A DNA stretch of 64,000 nucleotides, taken from contig JAYWIR010000005.1 of assembly GCA_036172245.1 (NCBI GenBank), positions 1,302,001 to 1,366,000 of the forward strand, written 5' to 3'. The notes under the pieces were generated by a model. That model was not told the DNA's origin. It ran no database searches and was given only the letters and a program-made list of their open reading frames with translations. The position numbers were made by a program, and so were the translations under genes. Source of the DNA: Raillietiella orientalis (Eukaryota). Shown in pieces: positions 11,467 through 24,140 of this stretch; position 1 is the stretch's first letter; each line of letters starts with the position of its first letter.

Positions 11467-12239
11467 AAAATCTTCAATGCTGCTGTTTTCACTTTTGTCT
11501 GGGGAGGTCATGCTGCCTGCTGACTTCCACTTCTGACTCGAACGATGCTTTTCAATGGATGCATTAACATCCCAAAAGTGTCCCTCGATTCTCAATGCAA
11601 TTGCTTTTCAACAAATGCGTTCCTCGACTGTCCTTACGACTGAAACATAACAAACACGTGACAGGTGTAGTTTACATTTTTTGCCAATTTCTTAGGTCCT
11701 CCCAATCGTGTCGATCTGCAACCTTTGGGCTCCACCTGCATGCCACCGACCGGATTTCGATGGATTTTCAGCTTCAACCGAAGCAAGGTGAATTCGAACC
11801 ACTCGAACTGGCATGAAATACCCCATTTTTTCTCGCTGCCCGATAGGTCCGCACATCCCTTTTATGCAAACTCGGCGCATTCGAGCACTACTCAAACAAA
11901 TTTGTGTTGCAGAAAATTAAACAAAAGAAAGCAACGTCTTTGCTTGTTAGTTTCCTTCCCAGAAGGCGTGCACACATCCGGGCACATCATTGTGTTGTAC
12001 GTTATAAAGAAGAGGAAGAAGAAGAAAAAAAAATAATGTACGCTTGTTAAGGCTTCTTGTTGCGGTTGAAGAATCCGTGGAAGAATTTCAAACAGCACCA
12101 TAAATTTGCTTTGAACAGACAAATGCCGTCCCTGCCTGGCTGCCACATGCAATCGTCTCAACGCAGCACCCACCGCAGACGCTCGCTGGTTATCTTCATC
12201 TCAGCCGTCGTCTCGTCTTGCTGAGCCTCCCCTGCGTTC

Positions 12240-12480
12240 AAGTGTCGGGGTCGGCTGCGGGCGCACTTGAGTGCTCCCACGAAGCACGTCGCCGCGTCCC
12301 CGTATTCCTCCGGGTGCATCACGGGATGGTGAGGAGGAATGGGGCGCCAGCCGCGCTCGAACCGTTCCAGGGGGTCGCCTCGCCTTCCCGTCGCCCTGCA
12401 GCGCGTGCTGCATCCTGCCGCATCCTTTCGCTGACAGAGAGAATGGAGGAAGGGGTCCTCTTTCACGCCGTTTTGCTTAG
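12240..12480 (-). pseudogene. FLYWCH/WRKY-like zinc-finger fragment, possibly from a MULE transposase
   Basis: ORF 12158-12466(-): LCQRKDAAGCSTRCRATG...RFERGWRPIPPHHPVMHPEEY...FVGALK, a C-x7-C...H-x-H-like pattern followed by a helix; no catalytic domain found. Confidence 0.35.
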
Positions 12481-14758
12481 CCGTTGCGTGTTCGTCGTCG
12501 CTTCCGTTTCGGTTTCGGTGAAAGGAAACCCAATGGCGTGCGGTTTCTGGATTCCGGGATGAAGTAAAAAGGGCTCGAAATCTTCCATCACCTCTCGCTC
12601 GAATGAAGTTTGTTCAAAGTGTTACGTCATCGCTGCAAATTCATTTTTGTTTTTCCCTCTTCGCAGGAATGCCAGATGCCGAATCCTGGATTTTCCTTTT
12701 AAGTTTGAGTTGCTTCCTTATTCACAGAAACAGCCGACTCTTCCCAGAGTACCTTGCTTTCGGACAGTAGCGCCTGCAACCACCAGGTTGCGTCATCATG
12801 AGGAATTTCGTGTGCACTGTACACATGTCTAAGAAGGCGAAGATGCTAGAAGTGATTTAAACAATCTAAGCCCGACAGGGTCCATGACTTGTCGTTTTTC
12901 AGAGTTCTGGAATTACACTGGGTGTACACCCAGGAAAAAGACGGCAAAGAGCACACCTTTCGAGCCGTTCTCTTTGAGCGATCTCACAGACAGCATCGCT
13001 GCATTAATAAGAATCAGAAGTTTCTTCGTCCAGAGAAGATTATTTACGCACTTTTTCTCAAAAGCTGCAAGAGTGTCGTGCTGCTTAGTTGCTTCGAGCA
13101 GGCCATAGCTTTCGGAACCTAGTTGTCTGATTCCTGCGGCTGATATCCTTCTCCATGACATCCTTCTCCAGGGAAATCTGTTTGTCACAAGCGGAGGTTT
13201 TCGATTCGGTTTCCGAGTGTTCCCATCCTATCCAAGGAGACGTCCCTGCAACCTTTCCGAGACCTACATTCGAGGTGACCACGTGTTTCGAAATCCTTCG
13301 ACTTTCTCGGGAAGGAAGGAAAACTCCACGGCTCTGATCATGTCGAACCCTGGAACGGAAATTCGGAATGAAATTTCCGCCCAGCAGAATCCTTCGAATT
13401 CCAGGCCTCCAGATGCCCCGAACACTTTCCTGAGCGTTAGCAGACTCATTTGCTCCACGGTTAGGTTCTTCAGATGTCTTGCTGGGTTATTAATCGCGGG
13501 TTTTGATCCCCACGTTATCTTCCGTTCTCTTAAAGGCTTATCGAAAATCGCGGAGCAGTGCGGCTGTGAAGATCATCGTGTCTTTTTTTTTTTTTCTTGA
13601 GGCACCAATGGTTCATCGGTACATTGAGTACGGTTTTCTTTCCATTTTGGCGCACACGCTTCTCTTGAGAAGCAGCAAGCACGACTTTCACCTTTCGCTC
13701 CTTGCTCGCGGTTTATAGGGAGGATGATAGCCGTTCCAGCTGCTCCCTGTACGCATCTTCTGCTCGGAAAACTCGTCTTTCACTTGCTCCGCGAGGACTG
13801 ACTGCGGAGGAGATCTGCGAACTTTACACACACGGGGCAGCATCCAGCCGAACACGCCAGACCGATATGTGCTCCCTGTTCTCTGGAGCAACACGCGCGC
13901 GCTCACGTACGAATCCGCGTGTTCGAAAATCAATCCCGCAGGCTGACTCCTCACGCAACCAACGCGTTTCCGGGAAAGAGCACACGAGTCGTCAGGTTAG
14001 AATTCTAGATCTGACGGAGCTCCTGACGTTCTGGAGTATCTGGTTTACTTCCACACAACCGCTTTGGTTTCAGAGGGGCACGCTGTTCCGCGAGTTCGTC
14101 TGCTTCCAAGTACTGCCTCTGGCCTCGATGCCGTTCCTCAGTCGCATGTCAGTCCGAAAGCTTCGGGCTACGCCGCGGTTTGCGTGGCAGCCTTGCGGGA
14201 GCTTGAAAAGCTTCCGGTTATGTCTCAATCGCTGGTCACCACATACCTGACCGTGAGCTGGAGAGCGGTCCAAGCTGTCTCCGGTGACGGAGCGAGAGCG
14301 CTTTTCCGGCCACCGCTGACCCCTAGTCGAGGATGAGCAAACTGTTTCGAAGGAAACGGCTAGTTCTGTGATGGTGGAAGGTTCGAACGGCATCGAGCTG
14401 TGCAACCGGGTGGACAGTGTTGGTGTCACGGGATCCCGTGTGTCAGATATCTGTCTCTGGTTACGTAATCCGATACATGCGGGAGATAACGCCGGAACAG
14501 CAGCACGCTCTATCTTTCCGCTCTTATAGGTGAGTCCGCGCATGTTGGTTCGTTTGTTTGGGCGAAGTGGGCACCCCAGCAGAGGGCCAACTCCGTTCCA
14601 GGTGGTTTTCGACCTGCCCTCACCAGCCGGGCATGGGAAACAACAAACGCACACCCAAAAGACCACGCGTGTCAGAGTTTTGCCGAAGATACTCTTCCGC
14701 AGCTACTGGGGACCTCCTCGTGTCCCATCGGCTGTGTAAAGCCGAAAATTAATGTTTA

Positions 14759-14863
14759 ACGCAGGCATATCAAGGTATTGAATTTGTGCAACAAATTGTT
14801 GCCCAATTGCCATGGGGACATAATGTGTTTCTAATGGATTTACTTCAGGACAAAGAATCCAGA
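14759..14863 (+). pseudogene. Fragment of a bacterial-type YhcG/DUF1016 family gene (N-terminal domain)
   Basis: Translates TQAYQGIEFVQQIVAQLPWGHNVFLMDLLQDKESR, matching the recalled DUF1016 signature F.EA..D.E.VQQ.VAQ(L/I)PWGHN..L...KD...R; AT-rich patch; in-frame stop just upstream, no start codon. Confidence 0.8.
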
Positions 14864-15289
14864 GTCAAACTAAATTGCAAGAAAGTTTGCTTTCGATCTC
14901 TTGTCTTACCGAACATTTCACTCATGATGTATATGTAACCATTAGTTACCTTTTGACGCAGAAAAGGCATATTATTTTTCAAATAAGAGTGACTACTCAC
15001 AAAGTTGCACCACAGTGGGTGCTTTACGAGTGTCATTATCAAGAGGACCAGTGAACTTTAGACAAGAAGAACAACTCAGGCTTGTTGAATGCATTAGGAT
15101 TCTATTTTTCTTAGTAGAGATCAGACTGCAGCTTTCTTCGACTCGTTTGCTTCAAAGCGCTGAGAGGAGAAGCTATCTTTAGGGTCATGTTCAAACTACC
15201 GTCTGCCATGTAGCCGCGCGTTTCAACCCACCATCCATGTTTAGCAGCGGGAGGACTTTCCTCCTCGGCACTCCCTCATTTGAATTCTC

Positions 15290-15560
15290 TCCCGATGAGC
15301 ATTACGTAAGAACACCGAGGAAGAGTATCGCCGTCTTCAACCGCGCGTAACACACACCGCATTTCAGCCTTCCCCAATTCTTCTCCCTTCGTGCAGACCG
15401 CACGTCGGCGATGCTCTGGCGCTCGTTGCTGTGCGGTTGTCCTGCCAACCGATACGGCTGAAGTCGTCACGTTCGTGGCTTCAGTCCTGAAGGTTTCTCC
15501 CAAAAGTCTTCCTTTTGCGGAGCATCCCTTGCCTGCATATTTCTTCAGGTTCCTTCGAAT
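15290..15560 (-). pseudogene. Decayed zinc-finger fragments (FLYWCH-like then RING-like)
   Basis: Minus-strand pieces KKYAGKGCSAKGRL and RLKCGVCYARLKTAIL/(frameshift)PRCSYVM resemble FLYWCH and C3HC4 RING half-sites. Confidence 0.25.
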
Positions 15561-16114
15561 TTCCTTCACGCCTCTTCATTTTTTTTTTTTTTTCTGTCAT
15601 TTCTCCCACCTTCCCTTCTCCCTCGGAAACCTCAGCGCTGTAAAACGCTTCAACTGGTTTTCTTCATGACCACGGCGCCTCTTTCCCCCAAAGAGCAAGG
15701 CAGATTTTTTCCTTCCAGGATCCTGCCGTGACCTCATTCGCGGCGCCTCTGCGCCTCCTCCTGCACCGAAAACATGGAAAGGCGGAATCAGGGAAGGAGC
15801 GATCCACCATTTATAATTTAAGAAGGTCGCCCCTCCCCCCTCCTTTCCTCCTTGGTGTCCTTTGTAAACCCTTGCCTTTCTCATCTCGCGTAGGGAAGCG
15901 ATGCCCGCTGCCTGCACGGGAACGCAGCGAAGTGCTGCCGCGCGTTCTCCACGGTGGGTATCCAGCAAAGAAAGGGAGCAGCGAGTTCGCGCCAGGGTGC
16001 CTCGGGGCGCGCACTGCTGCCCCATCTTCAGAAAGGGTCCCACTGGACGCGCTCGTCGAGCTCTTCCACGCAGCATCCCGAACTGAATTTTCCAAGATTG
16101 GCTTTGGTTTAGTT

Positions 16115-16955
16115 CGGTCCTCAAGGAGTGCTGAAGAACCAGTCGCCTCCCTAGGGGAGAGTGGCGGTCATGAAGCTCCCTGGCATCGTATACGCCACCC
16201 GAGGGTGCGTGCTGACCCTTCAAGTTACATTTGCGAAACCCTTCTGCCTACAAGGGGTGATCCGGTGGGTCACCCTATGGATCCACTAAGGCTCCGGAGG
16301 AGGAAGGAGTTCCTCTCACACTTGGAAGGAGACCCCGGAAAAGATACTCTCCTGGAATTCCTTCTCCTGGGGAAACTGGCAAGGGAACGGCTCCCTGTGA
16401 CTCCTCTGAAGGGAACCCTGAAGGGACGTCTTCCCGATTTCCATGAAGGGCGCTCCTCGAAGGGGGCAGCACGCTTCTTAACACTCTGGAAGGGTATCAA
16501 CCAGGCTCCATGGGACCCTCCATGGTAACCAGCTCCATTTTCCCGACGGGAACGGGATCCCGAAAGGAACGGGCTCCTTGGTTCCTTCTCTGAAGGGACG
16601 CTTCCGATTTCTCTGAGGGGTCGCTCCCAAAGGGAGCAGTGCGCTTCTTCGCACTCTGGAGAGGCATTGGTCCATCGGCTCCATGGCACGAGATGGAAGG
16701 AGTCCCCCACGAGAGGAACAACCCCGAATCATCCTGGAAGGACCCCGGAGAGCCAAAGTTCCAGTCCCGGCCGGTCAACGGGGGTATCCGGCCTTCACCA
16801 GTACAGCACTCGAAGCCTCCAGGCCAACCAGCGTCGTCCTGCGAAAACCACAACATGCCCACCATATCTCGGTTTTGACTCTTCTCCGGGTGGAGGGATT
16901 CGAATCTGCGACGTCCGGCGCCACTCGCAGCGATCTCAGCCACAAGATCGCCAGT
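16115..16955 (-). mobile_element. tRNA-headed long SINE-like element, copy C (most complete, ~0.84 kb)
   Basis: Minus strand: TGTGGCTGAG...GTGGC...CGTCGCAGATTCGAATCCC head (16895-16955), body homologous to copies A/B with an internally duplicated CCAGAGTG..AAGAAGCG block, and the same 3' end as 3511-3540. Confidence 0.7.
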
Positions 16956-19399
16956 AAGGGCCAGTATGGCCACGACCTGCCATAGATTGTTTTTTTCCTG
17001 AGAGGAACGCCACAGCTGACCATTTGTGAAAGCGGCAGCGGGGATTGCCCTTTGGGTCCTCTACGCGCCGAGAGTCCATGGAAACGATGCTGCTAGCAAA
17101 GACAAGTCTTCTTCTGCGGAAGCATCTGGTTTATCCTGTCCGCTGTGGCGACTGTCGAAGAACGCCCATTCCTGTTGCAGCATCCTCCGCCCGCACTGGA
17201 ACTTGGACCTCTCGATAGGGTTCTGCCAGTTGCTCAGTGCCATCTCCGGCGTCTGCACTTCCAGCAGCATCTTCTAGAGAAACAGGTCTTTCTCTTGTGC
17301 ACCTTTTGACAAGCCGTTTGGTGGGGACCTTCGGTCCCCTTGGCTGCCGCATCTCCCATAAGCTGGTTGCCCGGGAAATCGGACCACCGGAAACTCTACT
17401 GCCCCTCCCCCCTTCAACACTCTGGAGTTCGCTGCGTTCCCCCTCAGGCACTCTTTCAAGCTCACAGCCTCCGTCCGAAGACGAGCCCGCATCGGGACTC
17501 GAACCCCCCTTTCGACTCAGCAGAATCCCGGGGTCCTCGGGGAGAACCCTCAGGCGCTGGCGTCTCAGGTGTGCTGGACCGCGGACATTTCTGGCGAGCT
17601 CCAGGCATCGGACCACCAAGAGCGGTCGCGCTCCGCCCCTGAGGTCTGCCGGCACGACACCTCCAGCTGCCTCTGGCGCGTGTGGTCTCCGTGTTCCGGT
17701 CGCCACGGCTTCGCGCCAGACAACGCCCATCCATCCAGTCGGCTGGGGGGAGCGTTTCTCGGATTCGTCCCATTCCTGACGGGAGCACCCCGCAGTTTTC
17801 GAACTTGCTCGCGTTCCTCGCGACTGCCTGCGCAGGGCGAGAGGCAGCCGGAAGAGAACAGCGCTGCGGGAACTTCGTCGCCGGAGCGACCTTGGGGAGG
17901 ACAAACCGGAAGGCCTCACCTAGTGGATCTCAGGGTGAAGCCTGTCAACAGGGCGCAGAGGACCTCAAGGGAATTCCAGCGCCCTGTCCCATGGGAGGAG
18001 CCGCTCGTTTCTTTCACCGGCTCTCCTCCTCTTCCTCCTTCCCCAAGGCCGTCGCCTGGGGGAATGAGGACGTCTTCGCTGGCTTCTCGTCCAGAATTTT
18101 CTTCGGACCTCGGGCGGCAACCGGCGGCGTCCCCACTTAACATTCTTTGATTCATCGCTTCCTCGCGTGTTCATTGCTTCACGCACATTCATTGCAACGC
18201 GTCTCCCTTCGATCTTTTGCATCTCTTCTCCCTTTTGCTTCCTCCTTTCTTGCCTACCAGTTCTTCATCTGGAGTTGCTGTGACTACTTCGAAGGCACCG
18301 CAGCTCAAATCGTGGGGCCAGCTGTACGATTGGCACCTTTGGAGAATAGCGACCTATTCCGTTTCGGATTTTCAGAACCTTCGCTCCTGCAACCGCCGCC
18401 TCCGTGCAGTCGCAGCGAAACCCCTGCGTTCGCTTTTGACCTTTCGGCGGCTCCTCTGAGCGGGCATTCTCTCCTGGAGCCGCGGCGCCGACTGCCTGAT
18501 TCTCCGCCCCAGAGGACCTCAAGACGGAGAAGCGAGCTGGAGAAGCAGGGATGAGATTGTCAGCATCGCGCCGTCACCCATGCTGGACACGTGTTCCCAG
18601 ACACCGCCTGGGAGAAGTGGACCGTCGCGAGCGCGTCCGTGGGGATCCAGCGAGTTCAAGAGGGGTCTTTCCGTCCACGGGCCAAGACGGAAGGCTCCTC
18701 CGTGGCCGCACCTGGGGGCGTGACCGCAGTTCGTGAGCTGGGGGGAGATCCTGAATTACACCTGGCACCGGAGCCGGTGCGCGCCCCCCCAGGATCTGAT
18801 AAAACCGTGAATGTTCGTACGGGTTCCGGAGCGAGGGGCCTTCCGGCTTCCATGTCCTCCCGGAGTTTGCAAAACACTCAACCTATTTCCTCTTTCCCTG
18901 ACGGAAGGGACGACGGGGACTCGTCTGGACGGTGGAACGTCGGATACCGCGTACGTGTCGCGACCTCTCCGCACGTGCGTGACTGCACACACACGAAGTA
19001 CGTGGACCCGAATCCGTGTCCCTCCCCCCTCCCTCCCGTCCCCAGCCACAGACGTGCTGCGCTGCTGGGGTCCCCCCCGTCTCCCCGCTCGTCAGCCTGC
19101 TTGACGTGGCACGACGGCTGGACCAACACTTTGCATCTTTGGATCCTCCCTCGTCGCACGTGCCGATGTCTGGAGCTTGGCACGCACCAGAGCTGCACCA
19201 GAGCCCCTCAACCGCAGCATTCCGTGCAAGAACTCTGCGGCTAAGGAAAACAGAGGCAGTCTCAACCCTTCCGCCTGCAGCCCTACGCCCCAGTCTGCAT
19301 ACGATGCTGTCACATGTGACATGATGTGGTAAAACACACACACAGACACGGGTTCGGTTCCAAATCCCGACTGTCGAAATCTCCGTAGATCACAAAGAT

Positions 19400-20350
19400 G
19401 TATACTATTACTCACAGATTAATGTATATTGTAAAGATTACAAAAAAACAATATACATGCTTGTTATGTATATTAACATACCGATTAATGTGTTTGTACA
19501 GATCGTAAGAAAAATAAATATATATGCTTACTATGTATATTAGCATACAGATTGATGTGTATTGTAACCATTATAAAAAAAGTATATGTTATCATATAGA
19601 TTAATGTATATTGTAAAGATAATAAAAAAATAAATATATGTGTTTACTATGCATATTAATATACACATTTATGAATAGATTAATATGCGAATTTGTTTTA
19701 GCATACATATTTATTAATATTTATTAAACTACATATTATCAATATAATTAATAATAAGCATTCATATATATCTTATCAACATGTATATTAAGGGTGATAA
19801 AAAAATTAATATACATGCCCATTACATGTATTTTATTTCTTCCACTTTTTAAATGTCACCATTATTTTTCATTTTTTATAATTTGCTATTTTTATAATAT
19901 GTATTTATTATGCATATATATAAATATGTACTAATGCGTGTAATATATAATAAAATATATACGAATATATAACGAGCACGTACATTTATTTTTTAGACTC
20001 TTTAATACAGATATGAATAATATACTAATACATATCACTAATTATATTAATAATGTTAATAAATATCAGTAACTATATGTCAAAAAAATATTAATATCAA
20101 CAATATGCATGCTAATATATATTAACAAACATATATGTTACAATGAATTTTGCATATTAATCCAAATATATATTTGCAATATGTATATTTGGATGAAATA
20201 GATTATTACATAGATTTGGATGGGATATTGATAATGACGGATATCGATAAATATGTATGTAATCCATATATATATGTACATATTAGAATCCATATTACAA
20301 TATATATTATTGCATAGATTAATCTATAAAATACAAATACACATTTATGA
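19400..20350. repeat. Very AT-rich island with a degenerate ~65-bp minisatellite
   Basis: Units beginning (C/T)AGATT(A/G)ATGT..TTGTA near 19415, 19481, 19548, 19597; reverse-oriented similar unit near 19960-20010; sharp contrast with GC-rich flanks. Confidence 0.8.
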
Positions 20351-23300
20351 TCTTTCGGGATTTCGACATTCGGAGTTTTTGATCGGTCTCGCACGGACAC
20401 GGAAGAGTCCACAAACACACCCACGGCATGAAATGATGCCATGTGTTTAGCAGCATTTGTCCATGGATGGAGTGTTAGTAGGATAGTGACATCTATAATA
20501 AGGCCACTAGTGGTCCGAGGCGTAAGCCATGCCTTAGGCCGTATTGGTGAATCGGAGGATGAGGTCGTGTGGTCTTTTCGGCCCGTAGCTGTTTGCTCTC
20601 ACTGGGAGGGACACCTCTTGCCAGGGATGTGGCACCCTGTAGTCGATGTCGATGGAGGCACGAACCCCAAGTAGGTTTCCCAGAGTCTGTTGCTCCTCGT
20701 CTTCCCTGCCTCCCGCCTCGCCTCTCCCACCGACCTCCTGGCGGTGGGAGAGGCTCTCTCCAAAACCTGCTTTCTTCAGCAGCAGCAGGTTTTGGGGAGA
20801 GGTCCGCCTGCTTTACCTCTGTCCGTGTCCGAACTACTCCTGTGTTTATGGCACGTGTATCTAACGACGTGCACTACAGTAGACGGATGTATACAGTAGA
20901 GGACCCATGTGTACAGAGCAGGGTAAAGAGCACACATGCTTCGGTGTTTTGTAGTTCAAGTCGTATCGATTGCATGCAGTACGGGATCCATACGTATGTG
21001 TTGCAGAACAACGTGTGCAACTACATTCGAATGCTTCAGGAGGAACCTGCGATGCCTTCGCGCTCTCTGGGAGGAAGAAGAGGTCAGAGCAGGAAGAGAG
21101 TACCTCCCCTTTCCCTGCGGCGCCCCGCCTGCCGGTCCACCAACGGCCCTTTTCTCCTTTTCATCTGAACACCGCAGTGTGCAGCTTCCCGTTCTTGCGG
21201 TGGCCTCCGCCCCCATGTCAGGCGACGCCACGTGCTCCAGGTGATGGCAGCCCTCGTCCCGCGCCCCGTTCCGCGCCACCCCTGCCCGAACACCCGACGT
21301 GGCGACGACTCGCACCAGGGATGATCTCCCGAACTGGGGGACTCACGTGGGCGCGGGACACAGCAGCGCGCCTCCCGGAGGCGCTCCGCAACGTCCAGCC
21401 GGAGCAGCGCGGTGGCTAGAGTGGGGGAGAGAGGCCAGCTGCCGCCCTCCCGCCCCGGGGGGCCGAGACAGATGTTGCCTCCTGGCACGGAGGCGGGGCC
21501 TCCGCGCGGCGAAGGTGCCCTGCGGCGCTCGCGTCGTCGTCTCGGTGGTGCGGCCAAGGCACGGAAGGCGCCAGGATATCTGGCGCTCCTGCCACGGTGT
21601 GCCGAGCCGGCAGGCGGTCTTGTCCCGCGGCAATGAACTGCCTGCGCGGTCTGACGCCCCGGGACTCCCGGCTGCGTTTGAGCCACTCTTACGCTCTCAA
21701 TGCAGCTGAACACCTCCTCAGGCCGCATGGCCCTACCAGCCATGCAGTGTTTTTTTTTTTTTTTCATTAGAAATTTTTTTTTTGGCCTTTTGCTGCAGCG
21801 CCACCTTGAGTGGCGGACTCCTCTTCCCCGTGGCTGCTTCAGAAGGAGTCCTCACTCCCCTCTGACTGCGTGTTCACAGTCTGCTGCAAGAGGCGTCCCA
21901 GCGCCACTTTCCATCCCGCCCTGCCGGACCTCTCATTTAAAACAAATACATAAAGTTGGCGCCGTCAGAGAAGGGCGGAGTCGCTCCCGAACGGAAGGCA
22001 CTGAACGTAACGATTCCCGGGGGTCCGCGTCGGGAAGGGAAGGGGAGGAAAGGGGTTTGCGGGGGGCACGCTCGTCGGTTCTGGGGTCCCCCCCACACGA
22101 TTGCCTCCTCGTCCCCTGCGTCTCAGACTGGGTCATTCCGTTAATCCTGAAGCAGGGCGACTCAGATCCCGAGCGGTCCCCCGGGGAGTCGACGACGGGA
22201 GACCACGCCCTTTCCTCCATTTTGGCCCTAGCCCATCGGCCACCTCCACTCCGGAGCCATCTTCCAGGGGACAAAGACCCAGGAGCCGACCCGTGGGCCA
22301 TCAGGGCGTCTCGGCGGCGCACGGCGCGCCCACCGCCGTTTAGCTGACGTCGGACCGTCGTGGAGCGGACAGGAGCGGACGCTCCCTCACGGAGTGCTGC
22401 CAGGACATCCCCGCCCGCCCCAGACCTTCCTCGCCTCCTTCGCTGGAGCACCCGCGTGCGATCGGAGCCTGCGGAGGTGAAGGCGCGGTCTGTTCCTCCC
22501 CTGCCGAACTCTGAGCGATGCGCCTACAAGTCTCCCGGGGGCGGACGAGGCCGAGGCCGATAGAGGCGGAACCGGCGCCGCCGAGCCTCAGAGCGACACT
22601 GCGCCGCCGATGGTACCGCCTGGCCGACGTTCCGCATGCCGCCTCGAACAAGAGCCCTCCGCCCGCTGGACCTCCATACGCTGCGGCAGCACGTATGGAG
22701 GTCCAGGTAGAGGAGGAGGAAAAGCAGAGAGCGACCCGGCCCGCCCCTCTTAGCCGGGATCCTGGCGACCGTCCCCCTCCTGCTCGCCGCCTGGTGGTGC
22801 CAGGGTCCTCTGACTCCGGCGCGCTTCCCCCAGAGGTCCGGAAAAAAAAAGCGCCAACAGTGCAAGTCGTTACCCGATGAGTGCGTTTACGCCCCAGGGC
22901 TCGTGCGAAACGCCTTGAGGGAGGCGCTCCGGGAGATGCGAGAGGTTGGCACCATCGCGGACTCGGACCCAGCCTCAGGGCGACTCTTCTCTCCAAGGAA
23001 GGTCGTCCCCCCCCCCCTGCCCTCCTCTTTCCTAAAAGTCTCTTCGCCCTCCGACCATCCAAGTGGAGCCTCCGCGCGCGTCTCCGAAGGAGGGAAGGGG
23101 GGGTCTGCTGAAAGAAGAAGAGGGGAAGGGAAAGGAAGGAAGAAGACGTCTGGAAGACTGGACTCGTCCGTCTCGCTCCTCCGGTACTTTTCTTATGCTT
23201 CCGCCTGGATGCGAACCTCCAGGCGTCATCTACCCTTACCTCAGATGTTTAGGAGTAGGCGAGGAAAAGATGGTGGTCTTGGGAAGGAGATGGAACTGGC

Positions 23301-24077
23301 CATGGTACTGGTCGAGGAAAAGAGGTGGAGGAGTAAAGGAGGAGGAGGATCTGGGAGAGAAGGGAGGAAGAGCAAGAGGAGAACGAGAAGAAAAAGGGAA
23401 GAGGAGGAGGAAAGGAGAGGAAGATGAGGTTCCGGAGACCTCGGTGGCCCCGCTGTTGTGCCGCGCGAGGGTGTGACAAAGAGGGAAGGAGTGAACGGAC
23501 TCTCGCCAAGGCAACCGTGGACTGACCAAGAGTTAGCTCCTCTGTCGCCCATCCATGCTGTCGGGGGAGCCTCTGCAGCTGTGCGGAAAATGGGTCTGCG
23601 TGCGACGCTTGGTCACTTCCTTCCCCGAGGCAGGGGGAAAGCGCCTCCCGGGCACAGCAGGTGGCCTCTTTCGTGGGTTTCTCTTCTCCTGCTGGTGGGT
23701 CCAAGGAGACCATGACGCGCGGTCGGTGGGAGATCCCCTTCCGAGGGAGGAACCATCCTGGGAGCATGAAGACCAGTTTGCTTCTTGGAAGGCCCCTCCT
23801 GCGGTAGGAGCGATCGAGCTGCCAACGTGAGAGGAGCTTCTGAGAGGGGGCAGCGGTAGTACACGAGCTGGAGGAAGATCAGCGGGTGGTAGAGGTCACG
23901 CTCGGCCACCCCGACCCTAGTTGTGCGCGTGGGGTGAGAGGGTTCTTCCCGCGGGCGCGCCTCCCGCCTCTTCCCGGAGTCCTCTGCAGAGCGCAGTTAG
24001 CGTCCCTTCCTTTCCCAGGAGGAGCTGCACTGGGAAGGCTGGATTCCTATTCCTGGAAACGGAGCCTGCGTTTTTCC

Positions 24078-24140
24078 CTTCTCCGCCGGAATGCATCTCG
24101 GCCACCGTCGCGTCTCCAAGGAGGTGGCGCATGTGCTCTC
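24078..24140 (+). repeat. Dispersed GC-rich repeat family fragment (matches 33556-33618)
   Basis: CTCCGCCGGAATGCATCTCGG..ACCGTCGCGTCTCC.AGGAGGTGGCGC.TGTGCTCTC present at both sites. Confidence 0.75.

Noticed and set aside
11176..11595. 139-aa minus-strand ORF overlapping the FTCD 3' end
   Set aside because: No recognisable domain or splice structure; likely antisense of the 3' UTR.
12830..14700. Minus-strand protein-like stretches
   Set aside because: Could be TE relics, but no motif could be identified with any confidence.
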